A stretch of 64,000 bases of DNA from Thermoleophilia bacterium (lineage in GTDB: Bacteria; Actinomycetota; Thermoleophilia; Miltoncostaeales; Miltoncostaeaceae): assembly GCA_017882545.1 (NCBI GenBank), contig JADGPG010000055.1:860-64859 (forward strand), read 5' to 3'. This document shows, one piece after another, positions 57,633 to 64,000 of this stretch. The translations under genes and the position numbers were made by a program. Under the pieces are notes generated by a model. That model had not been told where the DNA came from. It worked only from the letters and a program-made list of their open reading frames with translations, and did no database searches. Every line of letters begins with the position of its first letter. Position 1 is the stretch's first letter.

Positions 57633-58087
57633 GCGAACGCCCGCGCAAGGACGTCCAACGCATCGCGATAGCCGTCGAGTCCCCGTCCCCAAATGGCTTC
57701 GACGGCGAGGTCGCGAACCACGGACAGCCGCCGGTGCGGCTCGGCCTCGCCGCGCGCCTCGACATCGGAGATGTGCACTTCGACGAACGGTGTGCCGAGG
57801 GCCTCCAGCGCATCACGGATGGACCATTGGTAATGCGTCCAGGCGCCGGGGTTCACGATCGCGCCGTCGACCATGCCCACGAGCCCGTGAACATGCTCAA
57901 GGAACGCACCCTCATGGTCCGACTGAAAGCAGCCGACCCGCATCCCGCGCTCGGCGCCCCAGGCTCGCACCTGCTGCTCGAGGTCGACGAGCGAGAACTG
58001 GCCATAGTGCTGCGTCGGCCGACGCCCCAACATGCCGAGGTTGGGTCCGTGCAGCAGGGCGACTCGTGGACTGTCATACCGGGTCAT
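57629..58087 (-). CDS. aroQ: type II 3-dehydroquinate dehydratase
   Basis: 152 aa. LLHGPNLGMLGRR...FQSDHEGAF...NPGAWTHY. Confidence 0.95.
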   Translation of the reverse strand: MTRYDSPRVALLHGPNLGMLGRRPTQHYGQFSLVDLEQQVRAWGAERGMRVGCFQSDHEGAFLEHVHGLVGMVDGAIVNPGAWTHYQWSIRDALEALGTPFVEVHISDVEARGEAEPHRRLSVVRDLAVEAIWGRGLDGYRDALDVLARAFA

Positions 58088-59190
58088 CGCAACTCCTCGA
58101 TCGCCGCGACCACCACCTCGTGCGGAGGATTCTGGCGTAGTAATACGGTACCGGGCTCGTCGATCAGCACCATGTTGAATGACGCTGCGGTCGCTTTCTT
58201 GTCCCGCCCCATTGCCCCCAGGATGTCCTCAACCGCGACATCCGGGTCGAGGCGGGTCGGGAGCGCGTGGCGCTCCAGCACGGCCAGGGTCCGTTCACGC
58301 CAGTCCAGCGACGCGCCGCCGACCTCGTGGCTGATCCGCAACGCGGCCAGGAGCCCGAGACTGATCGCCTCCCCGTGGTGGTACCGCCCGTAGCCGGCGG
58401 CAGCTTCGATCCCGTGCCCGACCGTGTGGCCGAGATTCAGGCTTGCGCGCAGACCGAGCTCGCGTTCATCCTGCGCGACGACGTTGAGCTTGTGGGCGAC
58501 GCAGTCGCGAATGAGCCCCACCAGAGCACCGGGGTCACCCGGAAGCGGGTCGGGCCAGCGTTCCACACGCGTGAACAGCTCCACCGAATCGAGTAGCCCG
58601 TACTTGACGACCTCGGCGAACCCGCACGACAGCTCGCGCGCCGGAAGCGTGGACAGCAGTTCGGTATCCATCACGACGAACTCCGGCTGCCAGATCGCGC
58701 CGACATAGTTCTTAGCTTCGGGGAGGTCGACGCCGGTCTTGCCGCCGACGGCCGAATCGACCATCGCCAGGAGCGTGGTCGGAACGTGGACCAGGCGGAT
58801 GCCGCGCTGGTAGCTCGCGGCGACGAATCCGGCGAGGTCGCCGACGACCCCTCCCCCGACGGCAACCACGACATCGGTGCGCCGGATTCCGGCGCGCGCC
58901 GCCACGCGGCAGATGCGTTCAAGCTCGGCCAGGGACTTCGACGGCTCACCGGGCGCCACCGCTACAGGCACCACTCGGACGCCCACATCCCGGAGCCGAT
59001 CGGCCACGGCATCCGCATGGGGCTTCACCGCCCCGTCGAAAACGACGAGCGCTGCGTCTCCGGCACCCCGGTCGATCCACAGTTCGCCGATTCGGGCCGT
59101 CTCGCCCGGACCGATACAGACGGGAAAACGCCTCACCCCGATCTCGCCCCACACCACATGACGAGCGACATCGCGGGGCCCGGCCGTCAT
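58084..59190 (-). CDS. aroB: 3-dehydroquinate synthase
   Basis: 368 aa. GGGVVGDLAGFVAASYQRGIRLVHVPTTLLAMVDS and NLGHTVGHGIE. Confidence 0.95.
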   Translation of the reverse strand: MTAGPRDVARHVVWGEIGVRRFPVCIGPGETARIGELWIDRGAGDAALVVFDGAVKPHADAVADRLRDVGVRVVPVAVAPGEPSKSLAELERICRVAARAGIRRTDVVVAVGGGVVGDLAGFVAASYQRGIRLVHVPTTLLAMVDSAVGGKTGVDLPEAKNYVGAIWQPEFVVMDTELLSTLPARELSCGFAEVVKYGLLDSVELFTRVERWPDPLPGDPGALVGLIRDCVAHKLNVVAQDERELGLRASLNLGHTVGHGIEAAAGYGRYHHGEAISLGLLAALRISHEVGGASLDWRERTLAVLERHALPTRLDPDVAVEDILGAMGRDKKATAASFNMVLIDEPGTVLLRQNPPHEVVVAAIEELR

Positions 59191-59711
59191 GCCTGATCAC
59201 TCGGCGCGGCGGCCAGACGCTCCCGCACGGCAGCCTCCACCTCGGCCGCCACGATCTCGATCGGCCGGCTGGCGTCGACGACCACGTGCGCAGTTTCCTC
59301 GAATGCTGGTCGCCGTCGGCCATAGCGTCGAATGAACCGGCCATGGTCGGTCGCCAGCGGTCGCGCCGACCCGGTCACCCGCCCCCAGAGGACGTCGGCG
59401 TCGGCGTCCAACCACACCACCACTGCGGAGCGGCCAAGGAAGTCGCGCGTGCGTGCGCTCTCGAGCGCGCCTCCGCCAACCGCCAGGACTCCGGCAGGCT
59501 CGTCTGTGACGATGCCACGGATGGTGCGCTCCTCGGTGCGGCGGAACCACACTTCGCCCTTGCTGGCGAAGATGGTCGGGATGTCGATCCCGGCATCCAT
59601 TTCGATGCGATCGTCCGAATCGATGAAGCCGCGGCCCAAACGAGCGGCAAGATCACGGCCCAGCGTGCTCTTGCCCGCGCCCATGTAGCCGGTAAGCACG
59701 ACCCAAGACAT
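59187..59711 (-). CDS. aroK: shikimate kinase
   Basis: 174 aa. Walker A GYMGAGKSTLG. Confidence 0.9.
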   Translation of the reverse strand: MSWVVLTGYMGAGKSTLGRDLAARLGRGFIDSDDRIEMDAGIDIPTIFASKGEVWFRRTEERTIRGIVTDEPAGVLAVGGGALESARTRDFLGRSAVVVWLDADADVLWGRVTGSARPLATDHGRFIRRYGRRRPAFEETAHVVVDASRPIEIVAAEVEAAVRERLAAAPSDQA

Positions 59712-59722
59712 CGGGGGGACGC

Positions 59723-60883
59723 CTACTCCCGCACCGTGGCCAGATAGCGGGCCACGCTCTCGTCGAGCTGACCGATCGAATCCCCGCCGAACTTCTCCAG
59801 GAGTGCCTGGGCGAGAACGAGTGCCAGCATCGCTTCACCGATGACCGCGGCAGCAGGGACTGCGCAGATGTCCGACCGCTCCTTGAAGGCCGCCCGCGCC
59901 TGCTTGGTGGCGACGTCCACGGATGCAAGCGGGCGTGACAACGTCGAGATCGGCTTCATTGCAGCCCGCACGACGACCGGCGCGCCGTGGGTCATGCCGC
60001 CTTCAATCCCACCCGACCGGTTCGTGTGCCGGTGGTACCCGCGCTCGGCGTCCCAGAAGATCTCGTCGTGTGCGCGCGACCCCGGAAGCGACCCGAGCTC
60101 GAAGCCGGACCCGATCTCGACACCCTTGATCGCCTGGATCCCGAGAAACGCCTGGCCGATACGGCCGTCCAGCCGGGCATCGCCCGACACATGCGAGCCG
60201 AGCCCGGGCATCGCGCCAAACGCCACAACTTCGAATACCCCGCCCAAGGTGTCGTGGTTCTGACCGGCGGTCTTGATCGCGTCGCGCATTGCCGCCGATG
60301 CGTCCGCGTCCAGGCAGCGCACCGGGCTCTGGTCAACCCCGGTGAAGTCCGCAACCGACAGGTTCCGACCGTACGGCACGGCCACGTCGCCGATCCGCAC
60401 GACGTGGCTGCGGACCTCGATTCCATAGCGCCGCACGAGCGCCTTGGCCACCCCGCCCGCGGCAACGCGAGCCGCGGTTTCGCGGGCGCTTGCACGCTCG
60501 AGGATGGGGCGCAGGTCCTGCCCCGCGTACTTGATCATCCCGGCGAGATCGGCGTGCCCGGGCCGAGGCAACGTGATCGGCTCGACCTCAGACGCCGTCT
60601 CCCAGACCGACATGCGATCCTCGGACCAGTTCGGGAAATCGAGGTTCGGGATCTCGAGCGTCAGCGGGCTTCCGATAGTTCGGCCATGACGCAAGCCGGA
60701 CTTGACGGTGACCCGATCGGTCTCGATCTTCATGCGACCACCGCGGCCGTACCCCAGCTGGCGACGGGCGAGGTCGGTGTCGATATCGGCCGGAACGAGC
60801 TCGAGACCGGCCGGTAGCCCTTCCATGATCGCGAAGAGCGCCGGCCCGTGTGATTCTCCGGCTGTGCGATAGATCAGGGCCAT
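59723..60883 (-). CDS. aroC: chorismate synthase
   Basis: 386 aa. YRTAGESHGPAL, RASARETAARVAAG, GGIEGGMTHG. Confidence 0.95.
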   Translation of the reverse strand: MALIYRTAGESHGPALFAIMEGLPAGLELVPADIDTDLARRQLGYGRGGRMKIETDRVTVKSGLRHGRTIGSPLTLEIPNLDFPNWSEDRMSVWETASEVEPITLPRPGHADLAGMIKYAGQDLRPILERASARETAARVAAGGVAKALVRRYGIEVRSHVVRIGDVAVPYGRNLSVADFTGVDQSPVRCLDADASAAMRDAIKTAGQNHDTLGGVFEVVAFGAMPGLGSHVSGDARLDGRIGQAFLGIQAIKGVEIGSGFELGSLPGSRAHDEIFWDAERGYHRHTNRSGGIEGGMTHGAPVVVRAAMKPISTLSRPLASVDVATKQARAAFKERSDICAVPAAAVIGEAMLALVLAQALLEKFGGDSIGQLDESVARYLATVRE

Positions 60884-61085
60884 GGAGCGGGAAGTCTACC
60901 GACACCGCTGGAACTGCGCGGCGTGCCCCCATCCGGGGGTCGCTCCCCCCCAACAGGCCAGCCGCGCCCCACGCAGATTGGATGGTTTTTTCGGATCCGG
61001 CAGGGCCGGGGTAACGGATGTGCAAGACAACGACCGTGGAGCCCGTCATACTCCTTCAACGGCTCCGAAAAGGGGTGTGACCCGA

Positions 61086-61283
61086 ATGACGGATACAACA
61101 TTGCACTCTGTGGCCGCCGAGCTGGAGCGGGCACGCACCGACTACCTCGCGGTCTCGCGCGGAGCGCATCTGTACGCCTCGCCCGGAGACCACCAAGAGG
61201 CGGAGCGTCGGGCCTGGGAGCGGCTGGAGCTGGCCCTCGCCGCAGCGCAGCAGTCAGAGCAGCAGACCGCCGGGTCCGCCTAG
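61086..61283 (+). CDS. small hypothetical protein (65 aa)
   Basis: AAAGGGG before ATG 61086. MTDTTLHSVAAELERARTDYLAVSRGAHLYASPGDHQEAERRAWERLELALAAAQQSEQQTAGSA is helical. It is one of only two plus-strand genes interrupting the pil-to-NUDIX minus-strand block (the other is the EAL-like gene at 51372-52202). Confidence 0.4.
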   Translation: MTDTTLHSVAAELERARTDYLAVSRGAHLYASPGDHQEAERRAWERLELALAAAQQSEQQTAGSA

Positions 61284-61356
61284 CTACACCGCTTGCGGCG
61301 CGCCACGGCGCGCCCGGTGAACCGCCGCGGGGCGGGTCCGCCCCGCCCGGTGCGTC

Positions 61357-62079
61357 TCAGGCCGCGTGCACGCTGATCAGATGGATCACCGTGGTGGTGT
61401 GTGCAGTCTCGTTGCTTAGGGTGATGGTCTGGCCCACCTTGATGATCAGCGAGCTTGCGCCGCTGGCCAGTAGGGCCCCGTTGAGCGTGAGTGTGACCTG
61501 GGCCTTGGTCATGGACTTCACGGTGAACTGCTGGGTCTCCGGAGGGATTGCATCCCCGTCGTAGGCCACGACCGGTTCCCCGTTGATGTCGAACTCGGCG
61601 GCAAGTGTCTGACCCGGCGAGCTCGTTGCCGGCGTCGTCGTCGATGTCGTCGGGGTGCCGGACGTCCCCGACCCGCTGCCGGTCGACGGAACCGCCGTCG
61701 GCGCCCCCGACCCAAGCGAGATGGGTTGCGTCTTGGTTGTCGTCGGCGTCGTTCCGAAGGTCATCGAACTTGACGCGCCCGATGACGTGCCGACGATCTG
61801 GATGAACACATCACGCGGCCGCCCGAAGCCATCCAGGTTGTCGAGCGTCCCCGACGGTCCGGCCACCAAGGTGGCCGTGGCCGCTCCGTACAACTGGTCG
61901 GTCGGAGCGGATCCCCCTGCGGCGGTCTGGCCGCTGATCTGCGGACCGGCTCCCGCAGCGGCCGTGGCGCCGGCGGTCGTCGACGCGCCGCCGCCACCCC
62001 CGCCGGACTGTCCGAACATGAACCACAGCCCGGCGACTCCAACGACCGCGGCTCCGGCAATCACGTAGCGCCGATTCAT
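61357..62079 (-). CDS. pilus-cluster protein in the PilP position (N-terminal anchor, long G/S/T-rich linker, ~80-aa C-terminal beta-rich domain)
   Basis: 240 aa. MNRRYVIAGAAVVGVAGLWFMF anchor. 4-nt overlap with the pilO-like stop. No family recognised for the C-terminal domain. Confidence 0.6.
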   Translation of the reverse strand: MNRRYVIAGAAVVGVAGLWFMFGQSGGGGGGASTTAGATAAAGAGPQISGQTAAGGSAPTDQLYGAATATLVAGPSGTLDNLDGFGRPRDVFIQIVGTSSGASSSMTFGTTPTTTKTQPISLGSGAPTAVPSTGSGSGTSGTPTTSTTTPATSSPGQTLAAEFDINGEPVVAYDGDAIPPETQQFTVKSMTKAQVTLTLNGALLASGASSLIIKVGQTITLSNETAHTTTVIHLISVHAA

Positions 62080-62843
62080 CCTGGGCCCCCCGCTCCGGAC
62101 GATGTGGTTGACGTTCCGCCCGGCGACGTCGAGGTCCCCGTGGCGCCGGTCGATCCCGTCGTCCCGGTACTGCCCGATGCGCCCGATGCGCCCGATGCGC
62201 CGGACGCGCCACCTGCCGAGCTGCCGCCAGTGGACCCCGTGGCGCCCGTCCCGCTTGCAAAGGTCATCAGCTGAAGCGTGGCGAGGACCGAGCTCGTGCC
62301 CGCAGTGGACGTTCCGGTTGATCCCGATCCGCTCGCCAGACTCATCTGGACGCCGGTGACGGCGAAGAGGCGTCCATTGATTGCGATCTTGCCGGTCTTC
62401 GAGACCACCACCTGGTGATGCACCCGGTACATGAAGTCATCGACGTTGAAGAGGCGGCCGATCACGTCAACCTCATAGACGGTCGCCGAGAGGCTCCCGA
62501 ACGGGGTGGTTGAGATCGTTCGGACCTGTGAGAGGGTCACGTTCGACGCCTTGGCCAGCGCCTGCAGTTCGAGGATCATCCCCGGCGTCTGCATTCCCGG
62601 CGGGATTGCCTTCGCAAGGCGGAACGCTCGCGCCAAGGTGGCCGGCTGACGGGCCGCGAGCCGCTCGAGCTGCAGCACCTGAGTGCGGTCGCCGGCGATC
62701 GCTGACTGGATCGATGCGACTTGCGCGTTGGCCGAATCGGCCCGTGAGTTTGCCGGGGAGACGACCTGCGTGTAGATGACGCCCATGATCGCCACCGTGC
62801 CGACGGCTCCGGCAATCGCCTTCTGTTTTGCCGTCAACTTCAT
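62076..62843 (-). CDS. pilO: type IV pilus assembly protein PilO-like with G/S/T-rich C-terminal tail
   Basis: 255 aa. N-terminal TM, coiled-coil (QVASIQSAIAGDRTQVLQLERL) and ferredoxin-like core. Position after pilN, with 4-nt overlaps on both sides. Confidence 0.65.
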   Translation of the reverse strand: MKLTAKQKAIAGAVGTVAIMGVIYTQVVSPANSRADSANAQVASIQSAIAGDRTQVLQLERLAARQPATLARAFRLAKAIPPGMQTPGMILELQALAKASNVTLSQVRTISTTPFGSLSATVYEVDVIGRLFNVDDFMYRVHHQVVVSKTGKIAINGRLFAVTGVQMSLASGSGSTGTSTAGTSSVLATLQLMTFASGTGATGSTGGSSAGGASGASGASGASGSTGTTGSTGATGTSTSPGGTSTTSSGAGGPG

Positions 62844-63538
62844 GGCGTTCCCCCGCTCCCGGCGGTTGTCGCCGCTGTCGTCGCTGCCGATCCTGCGCCG
62901 GGCGTGGCCGCCGCGACGTCGAGTGCCTGCACGTTGATGGGCACGTCGATCGTGAACGCCACGACGTTCTTGCCCGACGTGTTGGTGACCTCCGACGACG
63001 CCAATCGCGGAGTGCCGAGGCCCGGGACGGTTGCGAGCCGGGCCAGCGTGATCGCGACCTGGCCTTGGGTGTAGGCGTCACCGACGATGTGGAGCCCCTG
63101 CGGTGCGGTCGTGTTGGCCTGCCCCACACCCCCCGTACTCGAGGACGAACCGGCCGACGATCCGGTCGTGGTCGGGAGGGATCCGTTGACGGTGTTCAAC
63201 GACACGCCGCTCGGCAGCACGGTCACGACACTGCGGATCAGCCGCTCCCAGTCCGTGCGGCCAACAGCAAGCTGGTTGACGACCGTCTGGGCGGCGGCGA
63301 CCGCCTGCTGGCGCTCGCTGTAGACGCCCAGGGCCGAGACCTGCTGATCGAGCGACGACTTCGCAACCTGTGCCTGCGTGAGCTGGGCGCTCGCCGAGTC
63401 CGCGGACTGATTGGCCGAATATCCCCAGAGGCCCATGATCGCGATGGCGCCGACGGCACCGATCACCAGCAGCTGCGGGCGGTTCGCGACCAGGCCGGTG
63501 AGGCCGGAGGTCTTGGGGAGAAGATTGACTGCCCTCAT
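62840..63538 (-). CDS. pilN: type IV pilus assembly protein PilN-like
   Basis: 232 aa. MRAVNLLPK (conserved INLLP motif), TM helix, coiled-coil. Follows pilM. Confidence 0.75.
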   Translation of the reverse strand: MRAVNLLPKTSGLTGLVANRPQLLVIGAVGAIAIMGLWGYSANQSADSASAQLTQAQVAKSSLDQQVSALGVYSERQQAVAAAQTVVNQLAVGRTDWERLIRSVVTVLPSGVSLNTVNGSLPTTTGSSAGSSSSTGGVGQANTTAPQGLHIVGDAYTQGQVAITLARLATVPGLGTPRLASSEVTNTSGKNVVAFTIDVPINVQALDVAAATPGAGSAATTAATTAGSGGTP

Positions 63539-64000
63539 CGTGCCGCCCCCCCGCCGTCCATCGCCAGGCCGATGGCAACCGAGGCGCGGTGCGCCATGGC
63601 CATCGACATCCCGCCGCGGTCGTCGATCTGGCCACCTGCGTCGCCGATCTCAACCGGAATACTCAAGCCCTGCCGCAGGTAACGGTCGAGCCCCATGCAG
63701 AGCGCCGTCCCCCCTGAAAGAACCACGCGTTCGATGCTTCGCGACGACGGCTGCGAGCGGTAGTAGTCCAGCGACCGCACGACCTCGCGGACCAGCGGAC
63801 GTGCCGCAAGTGCCAGCGCGTGCTGGACCTCGGCGACCGTGTCCGGGTCCCAGCGCCCCTGGGGATCGCCGAGGAGCCCGCAGGTGATCTTCAGTGCCTC
63901 GGCCTGCTCAACCGAGCACTCCAGCCGCTGAGCGACCGCCTGGGTCAGGGCATTGCCGCCAAAGTTGACCAAACGGGTGAAGTGGCAGTTGCGGTCGACG
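63535..64000 (-). CDS. pilM: type IV pilus assembly protein PilM, 3' part (gene continues past the right window edge)
   Basis: The frame stays open to the window end. ...VNFGGNALTQAVAQRLECSVEQAEALK...IERVVLSGGTALCMGLDRYL matches the actin-like ATPase-fold C-terminus of PilM. Confidence 0.8.
   Translation of the reverse strand, partial: VDRNCHFTRLVNFGGNALTQAVAQRLECSVEQAEALKITCGLLGDPQGRWDPDTVAEVQHALALAARPLVREVVRSLDYYRSQPSSRSIERVVLSGGTALCMGLDRYLRQGLSIPVEIGDAGGQIDDRGGMSMAMAHRASVAIGLAMDGGGAAR

Noticed and set aside
62100-62260. Possible CRISPR-like or minisatellite array (short repeats GCGCCCGATG...)
   Set aside because: The units are 9 nt, contiguous with no spacers, and in frame within the PilO-like coding region. 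This is a coding low-complexity repeat, not a CRISPR array. I saw no CRISPR-like repeat-spacer structure anywhere in the window.

Overview
High-G+C, actinobacterium-like chromosomal window, mostly conserved housekeeping genes. Left to right: rpsA/polA, malic enzyme, tRNA-Leu, an SDR, an aquaporin, a small redox/SRPBCC cluster, dnaG-dgt, cbiX, an L,D-transpeptidase plus PBP4, pgi, ppdK-glyS-glyQ, recO, grx, mutM-deoA, then a ~22 kb almost uninterrupted minus-strand block (pilMNO, aroCKBQ, pepP, efp, BCCP-fusion, accC, nusB, dxs, tlyA, nadK, recN, pyrG, M20 peptidase, NUDIX). I saw no rRNA, CRISPR array or intact IS element. The one clear accessory region is a ~5 kb decayed, composite integrative island at tRNA-Leu(CAA). 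It is bounded by 145-bp direct repeats at 5278-5422 and 10111-10255. It holds an excisionase-like gene, a tyrosine integrase with an in-frame TGA, a duplicated small-ORF/xis junction, a serine-recombinase remnant, a foreign tRNA-Arg-like 3' half and two cargo genes of unknown function. I did not find a convincing new multi-gene system. The best candidates for something undescribed are (i) a 581-aa protein in the accB position, built from a carboxyltransferase-like domain that appears to lack most metal ligands fused to a BCCP domain, (ii) the mosaic tRNA-Leu island, (iii) a stand-alone degenerate EAL protein, and (iv) a hypothetical gene translationally coupled to dgt-dnaG. All calls come from reading the supplied ORF translations and the raw sequence by eye. 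No database search was run. Many long ORFs in the track are antisense artefacts typical of high-G+C DNA and were ignored.
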